A DNA stretch of 64,000 bases from Octopus bimaculoides (taxonomy: Eukaryota), in the NCBI RefSeq assembly GCF_001194135.2, contig NC_068989.1:798728-862727 (forward strand), in the 5' to 3' direction. Position numbers and translations under genes: made by a program. The notes below the pieces were generated by a model. That model was not told the origin of the DNA and ran no database searches. It saw only the letters and a program-made list of their open reading frames with translations. This document shows, piece by piece, positions 29,790 to 40,116 of the stretch; position 1 is the first letter of the stretch; each line of letters opens with the position of its first letter.

Positions 29790-30473
29790 TGACTTCTTTT
29801 TCCTCTTTGCCTTCACTTGTGTTCGCTGGTTGCAAACAAACTTCTCCATTCTTCAAACAAACAATGCTGTATACTTGCAATCCATGGTGAAAGTATGCCT
29901 GAGCTTCTTGAGATGTTGCACAATCATCTATATANNNNNNNNNNNNNNNNNATATATATATATATATATATATAAAGATGAGGATGTGTGTATGTGTCTG
30001 TCTGTGTGTATCTCTAAAACTCAAGAACTACACAACCGATTTCATTGAAATTTTACATATGCCTTCTTAGGGTCCAGGTAGTGTCATAGGCCAAAAAATT
30101 TTCAACTTCATGCCTAATGCAAGCCCAGAGCAATCTCTTATATCTTCCACTATTTCAGTATTACGTGTCAAAAGTGAAACAATAACATCTCTCTATTGTA
30201 ATGTGAGATAATACTTTCACTTTAATACTTTCACTATTAATACTGAAACTATAAAAGTGAAACTATTATCTCACATATATACAGGCATACATACATATAT
30301 ATACATGCATACCTATATATAATATATATTATGTACATATATATGTATACATCTGCACATATGTATATATAGATATATATGTATATGTATATATATAGAT
30401 GTATATGTATAGATGTATATATATATACATGTATATATATAGTTATATATGTATATAAGTATGCATATATGTG

Positions 30474-30506
<33 letters not shown>

Positions 30507-30572
30507 GAATAAATATATGTATGCATGTATATATGTAATATGTACACATATATACATGCATATACATATTTA

Positions 30573-30646
<74 letters not shown>

Positions 30647-33600
30647 TACATATACATACATTTATACACACACATATATATATATCAATATATATAAATA
30701 TATATAGGTGCAGGTGTGGATGTGTGGTAAGAAACTTGGTTCCAAAACACATGGACCTGCTTTCACTCCCACTGTGTGGTAACTTGGCATGTGTCTTCTG
30801 CCATAGCCTCAGACCAACCAAAGCCTTGTCAGTGGATTTCGTAGACAGAAACTGAAAGAAATCAATCGTATATGTAAGTGACAAGGATTAGTTTGTCCAG
30901 GCAAAGGGTCAGGACACGAATTGCAAGAAAAGAATAGCAATGTGATATAGGACAGTGGAACTTGTGAGTGATTTTGACCGACCTATTGAAATATGAGACT
31001 TACCATCAAAACAATGGATTGGATAATTGCACAGAAGTCCTCCATCAACATAATGTTTCTTTGTTCCATTATTGGCAGAATAACTGGGTGGGCTGAATAT
31101 TCCAGGGATGGACATTGACATACGCACAGCCAGGCGTACTGGCATATGTGGAGTTGTCTTTGGGTGGCAATATTCAACAGCCATGTGGTTAACATTAGTC
31201 ACAACCACACATAATTCTCGACCGTAATGTTTGTAGATCTTGAAGAAGAAAGGAAATGAAACCAACATTTGAGTTTGGCATAAAACTTGATTAAAAAGAA
31301 AAACAATTTTTTTTTCTAATATTTCCAGTAATTTGCTGATCTTTTACAAACTTTTTCCCCATATTAGCAATGATAAAATTTTAAACTTTAAATTTTTAAA
31401 ATCTAAAATTGTGGAGTGATGTCAATGATTGCACTGGGCAACAAAAAAAGATTTATTGTCTGCTGCCCAGACAAATGGTGCTGTACCAAACTAAATCGAG
31501 TACGCTGATTCCGAATCTCAACTCAAAATTGCTATAGCACGTCAGGATTTTGAGTTATGCGCATAATTATATTTTAATACTATATTAGAATCAAGAATAG
31601 TTAAGTTCAATGTAAATAATCATTATAATAGCATATTAGTAGTGTATATAGTAAATTTATGTCCAAGGCAAATAGTATTATAATATAATGGTACATAGTA
31701 TATTTATGTTAAGGGAATGCTCACTTTATTTTTGATATGCTCATCTCAGAAATGTTTGAGACACTTGCTCTTGCGATTATGCATCATGCTGGTCTCTCGT
31801 TGTAGGAATCAGCAGTAGTCACCCATCATCCGTGGATTGAACCGGCCTTGATACCTCATTTCCAAGATAAGTTGGGAAAAATCGAGATGAGAATGCAAGA
31901 AATGCATTTTAAGGGACATTCAGTATCGTAATTGCAGTTGCAGCAGATACTGGTGTCACACAAATGGCACCTGTGCTGGTGGCAGATAATAGCACCCATT
32001 ATACTCTCAGAGTGGTTGGCATTAGGAAGGGCATCCAGTTGTAGAAACCATGCCAAATCAGACTTGTGTCTGGTGCAGCCTTCCAGTTTACCGTCCCTGG
32101 TCAAACCATCTAACCCATGCCAGCATGGACGACAGACGTTAAACGATGACGGCAACGATGACGAATGACCAATCAGAAAATCAGAAAACACTCACCTCCC
32201 AGAAAGTAATATTTGGATTCCCAGTTTTTTCCAAAAATACTTTTCGAAACCATTCATCAATTTTTTTGCCAGGATTCCAGCCATAGTCTTTGAGTAGGTT
32301 TGGTAAAAGGCTCAAATATCCCCATTTATGATCTACAAGAAATAAATTTATAAGCAACAATATTAAAGTTTAGGTAACAAGACACATATTTCATTGCTCC
32401 ATGAAACAAATGTAATCTTTAAACTTCACTGTGGATTCTTTGTTTAGCACAAACTCACTTTTACAAAAATTGGAAAAGTGTAGTATATAATTTACATTAT
32501 CCTAATATATTACTGGTATATTTTTTATTGAGTAAAGTAGCATTAAAATTATACTTTAGTCTCAGCAAGAATGCAACAGAGAACTATATGATTGTTACAA
32601 TAATAGGTCTTGTAACCCAGCATTCTTATTGCAAAACAAGCGTGATTAGAGAGTGCAGAGGGGGAGTGAGAAGTGAGTGGCGAAAACCTGGATATATATA
32701 TAGAGTGGGGTGAGGCTACCGGATAGCATTGGTACAGAGAAACATGGCCGTGAGGTCAAAATATCAGCTGAACCAATATATCTGAAAGTTTATGTTATCA
32801 AGGTAACCCAAAACCAGTTCAATTCAAAGCAGACTGAAATAATATCTATGATACATGAACACATACAAAAAGAACACAGAAACAAGAAATATAATATTCT
32901 AAGAAAAACCGGTTTACTTTTTAAACTTATGATGGCATCAGTAGATAATGAAACAATAAAAAATAAACATGGAAATTCTATAAATCATGACATTTGGTTA
33001 TTTCGCTATTTATGTATGCTAAAAACAATTTAGAGAAATTATGCTTATTAGATTATAGGAAAAGCAATCATAATTAAGGTGTTATTTACTACTGAAATAT
33101 TTAAATGCTTTTCTATATTTATGGGAATATTTCAATGTAAGACTGGTTCTACAATTTAATCATTTTAATTTTGAAGTAATTATATAATACATTTCCTCTA
33201 GGACGATATTTCCAATAATGACCAGAAGAGAGAATGTTGACAACAGCTTCATGGATTTCTTTCAACCAAGATGGAGCTGGAAGCAGGAAGAATGGTCATA
33301 TTGTTGAATAAAGTATCAAAGTATTTTCAAATGACCAGCGTTTCTTTGCAATCTGGATATATTCCATTGAAGTGGTTTACTTTTACAGACATTGAGCAAA
33401 AGCCAAAGATATGACTAAGTTTGCAGATTATCAATAACAAATTCAAAGAGAAGACAAGCAAAATCCAGTGTTTGGTGCTTTCAGTGGTTCCAGCAGTCTT
33501 CCTTCGCTTGTTGAATCTCAAATGCCTTCTCAGAAAAATTCTTTCCATTATTGATAGAATGCCACAGAACCTTCCAAAACCAGACACCAATATCTCAGCA

Positions 33601-34481
33601 TTATCCAGGCCTAAAGACATAATCAAATCCTGTCATATATCTCAAAGAAGTAAGAAAAGGATTTAACGAAGAATTTGTAGAGTTTACAGAACCGTTTAAA
33701 ACTGATATTGCTTCTCAGATTGGCATCAAGTAAGATGTCATGGAGTTCAAATTATATCATTTGATAACAGACAACCGTTTGGAGTTTCTTTTTCTAAATG
33801 TAGAAAATTCCTTACACCTTTATAGCATATATTACAGGCACCACTCTACTTCAATCTGAACCAGCAAGTGATAATGGCCACACCTTCCACCAAATTATCA
33901 CGGCAGTCTATCAATATCCCTATTACGAATATAACGGCCACACATTCTGCCAAAATGTTATAGTAGTACTTACCAAGCATCAACTTGCCAATGTCTTGAC
34001 TTAAGTAGTCCAAGAGTTCAGTGCTTGAGACGCCAACACTGATTAACGCAGCAACCATGGCCCCAGCGCTTGCACCAGCCAAGCGTTTTGTATTATTTAA
34101 TACACCAAGTTCTTCAAGGACCTGGAAACAAAAGAAAACAACAACAGCTCAGTTTAAAGAAAAAAGAGAATAACAATAATAACAACAACAATATCATTGT
34201 CATTAACATAATCTTTTGTCATCATCATCATCATGTTTGACTTTTCCTTTAATCCTAGAACTGATGAAGTATACTCTTTTACTCTTTTACTTGTTTCAGT
34301 CATTTGACTGCGGCTATGCTGGAGCACCGCCTTTAGTCGAATCAAATCGACCCCAGGACTCATTCTTTGTAAGCCTAGTACTTATTCTATCGATCTCTTT
34401 TGCCGAACCGCTAAGTTACGGGGACGTAAACACACCAGCATCGGTTGATGGTGGGGGGGACAAACACAGACACACAAACAC

Positions 34482-34512
<31 letters not shown>

Positions 34513-36928
34513 CATATATACGATGGGCTTCTTTCAGTTTCTGTCTACCAAATCCACTCACAAGGCTTTGGTCGGCCTGAGGCTATAGTGTCACCTTGGG
34601 CAAGTGTCTTCTACTATAGCCTTGGGCCGACCAAAGCCTTGTGAGTTAATTTAACCTATGATTAGTGGAAAACGACTAATGAGACATGAAGAGGGAAAAA
34701 ACATGCAATCAGTTTCAAGTTGAAAACACAATCATGGTTTTGAACTATTCCTAATAACAAAAACCCTTGGGTTGAATTAATAACATTATTATAATTAATC
34801 TATCTATCTATCTATCTATATAGACATATAATAAATATACAAGAATAAGGGCAGAGAATCGTCAATTAATAATAGAATTAATAATTAACAATTTTGCCAA
34901 GTAGTTCAGTATGAAAAAAACCTTTATCGGTAAAACTATTTATCATCATAAATATACAGGGATTAGCAATTGAGTTGCTTCTCCAACATACTGAAAATTT
35001 AGAAATAGCAGTCAAAGAACTACTGATTCCAAACTACAAATTTTCAGTATGTTGGAGAAGCAACTCAATTGCTAATCCCTGTATATTTATGATGATAAAT
35101 AGTTTTACCGATAAATTCTATTATTAATTGATGATTCTCTGCCCTTATTCTTGTATATAGACACATATATAGTTTAGTCACAGGGTTCATTAGAATCTAG
35201 GTGCATCAACACACAGGGCACCAAGACTGGTTAGGTACCATAACATTGAGTTCACAGTAAGGTAAAAACAACCATGAAGTGTCATGTATTTGGTAGTGTG
35301 CTGCAGGTATGTATAACCGAATCCAAAATAGACCGTAGATCTAACTCAGGTTTGGTTCCAGCTGTAGTATATGTTTAAAAATAAGAACATGAATGGGGTT
35401 TAAATAAAAGCCCATTTGTGTTATTCTTTATGCACACACACACACATTCCATTTACTCTGTTGTACTGAATTCTTGAGGTGAAACTATGTGTCTAAACAG
35501 ATGTTGTACTAAAGTGCAACCACATCTATCTCAACAGTCATCATTTTCCAACAGGGTTATTTCTATTATTAAATTAGAACACATGCACTGAATCTCTATC
35601 GTTCTCTTTATTAGCATTCAGTTGATCTGAGTGTTGCTGGCCATTGTCAGCAGCAACGCATTTGCAATCATGTCTACGAGGCGTCACTGAACACACCATT
35701 CATTCTTGAGTATACAAACCATTACTCCCTCCTCCCACCCATCTTCTGCTGCTCGCCACCACTACCGTCTTTTTTTCTTTTTCTTTGTTTCTTTGGTGAG
35801 GTAGGTATGGGGGTTTTTTTTCTCAATAATTTGGTCTTTTATACTTTTAATGTTTTTTCTTTCTTTACTGCCAGTAAAAATATGTTAATAAAATAAAGTA
35901 CCATTCAAAAATAAAAAAGAAACAAAAACAAATAATTAGATAAATAATCATTCCATTGACCATCACTTGCTTGATCAATCAATGATTCAGTTTGTGCAAG
36001 TCCTGTTGTCTCAAGCTAAGAACTTATGGAGGACTTGCGCTCACCTTCTCTTCTCCCATTAGTAAATTACTACAACGGCAAAGGAGGTGTCTTAAACAGA
36101 AGCAACTATGGAGGAATCAAACTGCTCGACCAAGTTAAGAAGGTCAAAGTTCAATTGATCCATGACAAAATAGTGTTAGATGCAATTTGGCTTTGTGTTT
36201 GGAAGAGGCAGCACAGATGCAATCTAACCAGTGAGGCAAGTGCTGGAGAAATACTTGGCTTGGAATAAACAACTATTTCTAGCTGTCATTGATTTGGGGA
36301 CAGTATTCGAAAGGGTACCACATTCAGTAATTTGGTGGTCAGTGAGGGATCTGGGTGTAGAGGAATGAATTGTGAGGATTGTACAAGCTTTGGACAAAAA
36401 TGCAGTAAGCAAAGTGAGTTAATGATTTCAGTGATGAATTTAGTGTGAAGGTAAGAGTCCATGTGTGTGTGTGTGTGTGTGCGTTTGTAAATATTTATGT
36501 GTGTATGTTATTGTTTATACATGTGTGTGAATATTTTGGAAAACAACTAATTTACATTATTTACATTTGACAGATATTGTTTCGGCTGATATACCCTCCA
36601 GCCTTCATCAGGTGTCTTGGAGAAATTTCGAACCTGAGTTTTCATCCCTAAGGTATTTTTCAATGTTATTATTATTATTGTTGTTGTTGTTGTTGTTATT
36701 ATTCAGGTCACTGCTTGGAATCGAATTTGGAATCTTGGGATTAGTAGCCTGCACTCTTAACCACTACACCATATGCTTTTGTGCTTTTGTCATGCTAGTA
36801 TTTAAGTCTGTATGCGTGAACATGTTTGATGTATGGATGTGTGAGTATCTCAGTAAATTTTCACAGACTTTCTCCACACAATTTTCGTTTGTATGTCTAG
36901 ATGTGCATGAATTAGTATGAATGCTTAT

Positions 36929-36977
<49 letters not shown>

Positions 36978-37257
36978 CTGAATCTGATGTAAACTCTCAG
37001 TCTAAAAGAAATAAACATGATTCACGATGACATCTCACCATTAAACTCCCACAATATGCAATGCCTTTATTTCCACCACCTTCAAACACCAAATTCTCAA
37101 AGGGATAATCATAGTGTATTAGGGTTCCAAGTTGTACTTCACCCGAATCAGGGACATCACTTCGGTCCACAAACTGTATCCTTTCCTGCTGGAGGGTCTC
37201 ATTATATTCAGATTTAAACCACCTGGAATGGGAACCACACTTCACAGTGTTTCCCAT
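14679..37257 (-). CDS. Patatin-like phospholipase domain protein with inserted EF-hand pair; 12 coding exons, 539 aa
   Basis: Manual assembly join(37257-37039,34121-33974,32332-32196,31238-31004,27623-27493,22901-22798,21541-21457,20709-20641,18912-18802,17538-17380,16023-15928,14804-14679) = 1620 nt with no internal stops; all 11 introns are GT-AG with matching phases. Motifs: G60-G-G-N-K-G65 oxyanion loop, G-A-S91-A-G nucleophile elbow, D233-G-G, EF loop D407-T-N-Q-N-N-E-I-E-Y-Q-E418. Confidence 0.93.
15928..16023 (-). CDS. Patatin gene coding exon 11 ([32 protein letters not shown])
   Basis: Acceptor ggtactattgtag, donor GTAACA; RTxxIxTxxxxTxDF motif typical of the C-terminus of ExoU/VipD-like patatins. 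Confidence 0.93.
17380..17538 (-). CDS. Patatin gene coding exon 10 ([21 protein letters not shown]...TNTKRAFVQ)
   Basis: Acceptor ttttcttattgtag, donor GTATTG; completes the EF loop. Confidence 0.92.
18015..18252. repeat. Compound (CA)n/(TA)n/(GA)n microsatellites
   Basis: Directly visible. Confidence 0.95.
18802..18912 (-). CDS. Patatin gene coding exon 9 ([13 protein letters not shown]...[12 protein letters not shown])
   Basis: Acceptor ttcattcgtttag, donor GTAAGC; first 7 residues of the canonical EF loop. Confidence 0.9.
19640..20440 (-). mobile_element. Highly decayed non-LTR RT remnant
   Basis: Minus strand [12 protein letters not shown] (cf. F.V..GVRQG) and LHISETKV (cf. L.IS..KT.V). 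Confidence 0.4.
20641..20709 (-). CDS. Patatin gene coding exon 8 ([23 protein letters not shown]), degenerate EF-hand
   Basis: Acceptor ttctattatttcag, donor GTGAGT; 69 nt, phase 0 to 0. Confidence 0.85.
21457..21541 (-). CDS. Patatin gene coding exon 7 ([28 protein letters not shown])
   Basis: Acceptor attattttacag, donor GTTAGT; phases 2 to 0. Confidence 0.88.
21775..22425 (+). mobile_element. RTE-clade LINE 3' fragment interrupted by a hAT MITE
   Basis: WPC.ICGKGV...ESFHYL...GCSE|[41 protein letters not shown]; ends ctaacccatgccagcatggaaaac...(gat)n. Confidence 0.85.
22023..22164. mobile_element. hAT (Charlie/Buster-type) MITE
   Basis: TIR CCGTGGTTCCCAACCC...GGGTTGGGAACCACAG; 8-bp TSD CTTTAGAT (22015-22022) / CTCTAGAT (22165-22172). 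Confidence 0.88.
22798..22901 (-). CDS. Patatin gene coding exon 6 ([35 protein letters not shown])
   Basis: Acceptor ttaatctaatcag, donor GTAAGC; phases 0 to 2. Confidence 0.88.
23297..23465 (-). mobile_element. SINE family A, 5' half
   Basis: Homologous to 7820-7968. Confidence 0.8.
24780..26330 (+). mobile_element. Helitron Rep/PIF1-helicase fossil, antisense in the patatin intron
   Basis: [10 protein letters not shown] at 25461-25490; [25 protein letters not shown] at 26241-26315 (cf. TINKSQGQTFD.VGIYL..PVFSHGQLYV); decayed DGP Walker A near 25190; many stops and frameshifts. Confidence 0.8.
27493..27623 (-). CDS. Patatin gene coding exon 5 ([16 protein letters not shown]...NEKTIGFLL)
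   Basis: Acceptor tcttctttcccag, donor GTATGT; phases 1 to 0. Confidence 0.92.
27805..27945 (-). mobile_element. SINE family A, 5' half
   Basis: Homologous to 7820-7968. Confidence 0.8.
29925..30240 (+). mobile_element. Possible non-autonomous Helitron-like element 5' part
   Basis: TCTATATA..(TA)n, GT-rich tract, then aagaactacacaaccgatttcattgaaatttt, an architecture typical of non-autonomous Helitrons; no 3' hairpin/CTAG identified. Confidence 0.35.
30265..30705. repeat. Complex (TA)n/(TATG)/(TACA) microsatellite array
   Basis: About 440 nt of alternating purine-pyrimidine repeats; source of the spurious YI-rich ORFs. Confidence 0.97.
30706..30873 (+). mobile_element. SINE family A, 5' half
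   Basis: ggtgcaggtgtggatgtgtggtaagaaac...gtggatttcgtagacagaaactgaaagaa. Confidence 0.8.
31004..31238 (-). CDS. Patatin gene coding exon 4 ([15 protein letters not shown]...[12 protein letters not shown]...[16 protein letters not shown])
   Basis: Acceptor ttcttcttcaag, donor GTAAGT (phase 1); conserved patatin AVRMSMSIP and catalytic DGG. Confidence 0.95.
31940..32165 (+). mobile_element. Non-autonomous element with RTE-type 3' tail
   Basis: gtggttggcattaggaagggcatccag...aaccatctaacccatgccagcatgga..acgttaaacgatga; the same tail ends the RTE fragment at 22370-22425. Homologues at about 3735-3915(-), 5835-6020(+), 16290-16530(+), 37490-37650(+), 42130-42270(+), 57500-57690(-). Confidence 0.8.
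32196..32332 (-). CDS. Patatin gene coding exon 3 ([29 protein letters not shown]...[10 protein letters not shown])
   Basis: Not in the ORF track; acceptor atttcttgtag, donor GTGAGT; phases 1 to 0 match neighbours. Confidence 0.93.
33200..33620 (-). mobile_element. Possible decayed LINE RT remnant
   Basis: Elevated GC; weak resemblance (LWLLLNVC...SRLQ) to the RPISLLN.D.K...RL motif; interrupted by stops. Confidence 0.25.
33974..34121 (-). CDS. Patatin gene coding exon 2 ([30 protein letters not shown]...GKLML)
   Basis: Acceptor ttttgtttccag, donor GTAAGT (phase 1); catalytic GXSXG. Confidence 0.95.
34275..34589 (-). mobile_element. SINE family A, young copy lacking its head
   Basis: Well-preserved body and tail with several CpGs retained; truncated at the fold-back at 34590. 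Confidence 0.9.
34556..34646. repeat. 34-bp inverted repeat made of SINE sequence
   Basis: 34556-34589 vs 34613-34646 match at 32/34; 23-nt loop. Confidence 0.9.
34836..35157. repeat. Fold-back element with perfect 78-bp inner inverted repeat
   Basis: 34923-35000 is the exact reverse complement of 35038-35115 (37-nt loop); outer arms 34836-34879 and 35114-35157 also pair with one mismatch. Confidence 0.95.
36548..36777 (-). mobile_element. Third copy of the tRNA-headed hammerhead SINE, in the intron after coding exon 1
   Basis: Minus strand: tRNA head, CAGTGACCTGAA, (AAT/AAC)n, GACAC-CTGATGA-A-GGCTG-gagggtatat-CAGCC-GAAAC, then an about 30-nt deletion relative to the other copies. Confidence 0.85.
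36930..36975. repeat. (CA)n microsatellite
   Basis: Directly visible, about 60 nt from the exon 1 donor. Confidence 0.97.
37039..37257 (-). CDS. Patatin gene coding exon 1 (MGNTVKC...[23 protein letters not shown])
   Basis: Acceptor tttttgtttcag ends at 37262, ATG 4 nt into the exon, donor GTGAGA at 37038 (phase 0); contains the GXGXXG motif. Confidence 0.92.
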
Positions 37258-39905
37258 ATTTCTGAAACAAAAATGTAAATATAAACAGTTAGGTTAACTC
37301 TTTAGATGGCAATAATTTTAGCTGGCACACTTTACTATTGCAATTTAGAATTCCCAGGTAATGAGAAAAACCTGCATGTTTTCTTCAGCAATGTCACTTA
37401 TTTTTCATGTTTTAGTTTCAGACACTATGTCTAGCTTAACATGAACTGTAGTAAAGACAACATGGCATGGTGAAGGGGTCACATAAAAAAACCCCACTGG
37501 GTTGGCATTAGGAAGGGCATCCAGCCATAGGAACCATACCAGGACAGACAATTGAAACCTGGTGCAGTTCTCAGCTGCACAGCTCCTGTCAAACTGTCCA
37601 ACCCATGCCAGTATGGAAAACAGACATTGACGATGATGATGATGATGACAACTTCTATGTTGTATATTAGCATCCGTACATTTCTGACAGTCACACTAGT
37701 TGCCATATTGTCAGTACAAAAGCAGGTTATTCCCAATCACAGAGGAATCTAGATGATTTCAACATAAAATGTTTCTCATAGAAAGAGAGATGAGGATGAT
37801 ACAATAAAGAATTATATGACAAGAATCATATTCATTAATGAAAACAATTTAATTATGGTAAAAGAGCAGCAACAATAAGATTCTTCCTGTCTGTGTGTCA
37901 CTAATGTAATTTGATTGTGTCGATGTTGATTGGAGGAACACAAATTCAGCTGAGCTTTTAATTCAAAACTATTTTTATTGTTTCCAACTTTATATTGTCA
38001 TTTCTATGAAACACAGAAGAGGTATTTACACAGCAATAACAGTTGATCAATGAGACCGGAATGGGAGTGGTTTGTCTGCTGGATTGGCAGGAAGAGTTCA
38101 TTGGAATGATTCGGTTGACTCTTGCACCTTGGCAGTCAAGTTGTGTAATCGGAGTCACTGTTACTTTGGTCATCATTATAATTCATTTTGGCTGCTACAG
38201 ACACTGTTCTAGTTTACTCTGTTAGTAGCTAAAACACATTAAATATGTAGCTGAAGTCCTTATCAGAAAGAGCACACCAGAGGGAAAATGTTTAATTAGA
38301 CCGTGTTTGTCCCAAGTGTCTTAGTGGCATCATCAATAACTGAGCGAACCACATTTGTTTTGTTTTCTCATCAGATACAGTGACCTGGGTTCAATTTCTA
38401 TGTGTTTTGAGACTGCTAAATATTTCTGCTATAGAATTCTCAGATTATAATAGATCTTGAGCCAACAGTATTTAAATATAGAGAGAAATATTAAAATCAT
38501 CAAAATATAATTGTTTGTATATTAAACAATTGTTCATTCATATCTGTTCGCCTCGCAAGGTTTAGAGCATTGTCCAGATTAGGTTGTTGTTAACTGGTCC
38601 TCTGGCTAAGCTTAATTAATGTTTACAAGAATTATACTCAGTCACTACTGACCCAGCAAGATTGTTCAGAGAGATAAACAGTTAAAATGTCTTTCTGATA
38701 AATCAAAGACTATCCTGTCTGTTTGTGTCTGCATATAACATAAAATGATGTCTAGTTTTTGCAACAACATCAACAATTTTGAGAGGGGGAGAATAGATGA
38801 GACCATCGTCCCCCATGACTTGACTGATTCTTTAATTTACTGACCCTGACAAAATCAAAATCAAAGTTGACTTTGGTGAGATTTGAACTCAGAACATACA
38901 GAGCTGGATAAAATGCTACTAAGCATTTTTTCCTAGCTGTGTTTCGGGAGGGTCATTATGCCAATAATAATAAACACATGCACTGGGTCAATATCACTTC
39001 TTTATCATTAAATATCTAACCAACCAACTAGTCGATCGTTCGTTTGATGTGTTGGTTAAACAATCAATTGGTCGGTTGTTCGTGAGAGTCCTTTCATTGC
39101 TATTCACAACCTCTTCAATGCGATGCCCTTTCTCTTCAAAGTCTGCCAGCCTGCCACCACTCTATGTTTGCCTAGAAATATAATATTAGTCACAATGTGT
39201 GAGATTGGTGGAGTTAAAAGGCATGAAAGAAATCAGATGTATGTGTGTCAAAACATACATGTCCATTTGACAAGTTTAATCACACACATGCATGTGTGTG
39301 TGTGCGTGTGTGTAAATAAGCTTGAAGTCCTTATATCAAAACATGATATTGTAGTAGAGATTCCTGGAGGAAGTAGACTAGTATGACTAGTCTAGCACTT
39401 ATCTCTGACTTGCTTTTTATCAGTGTCTTGACAGGGTACGGCTGATCTATGAACCAAATGAAAGACTGTTAAATAATCTTAATTAAACCCACAACAGCAA
39501 CAACAACAGCAACAACAACAGAAACTTGTTTCTATGAAGCAAGCACATTGTCATCTGAGCTTCATATCTTTTGGGAAGAAGGCAGCGAACTTTCAGGGGA
39601 TTGAGTGTCCTGAGTTCCTGTTGCAGAGGGTGTATACTGCAGTTCCAAAAGTATTGATCTGCTTACTAGACATTGCAGCACTGTAATGGTGTGCTTCGCT
39701 TGTGGCTGAAATATTCTTCAGATTGGTCAAATAGAAATAGCTTTCTGTTGATGTGTATTGATATTCATTAATTGATATTCATTAATTCTTCAATGATGCA
39801 GTTTTATTTGAAAGCAGTCACCAGCAGCACCAGCAGCACCAGCACCAGCAGCATTTGTGTTTCTGCTGTGTTTTAGGTTTGACAGCTTTGAAATAAATTC
39901 TTTAA

Positions 39906-40116
39906 GCCTTTAGCATTCAGTTCATTCCTCCATCAAATGTTCTGCTTCTTTATTCAAATTGCTTTGAATTAATTAGGCATCATCTTATAGCTTTAAGATT
40001 TAAATGATGGATTGTTTATTTCTAGAATGACATTGTTAGGTACGTATGAGGGGTCAGATCTGGCTAGTTTTGATTATAAAACAGGGAGAATATTTGGGCT
40101 GGATACGGCTGAAGGG
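39906..40116. mobile_element. piggyBac-type MITE, family 2
   Basis: TTAA|GCCTTTAGCATTCAG...GAAGGG|TTAA; reverse-oriented homologue of 9249-9443. Confidence 0.7.

Noticed and set aside
30249-30884. Long YI/MY-rich ORFs (up to 158 aa)
   Set aside because: Translations of (TA)n/(TATG) microsatellite.
33846-33973. ORF-track extension [11 protein letters not shown]... and similar run-ons after exons 1, 4, 5 and 10
   Set aside because: Read-through past strong GT donors into intron sequence.
34261-34270. CTGATGAAG as another hammerhead core
   Set aside because: No stem II or GAAA partner downstream.
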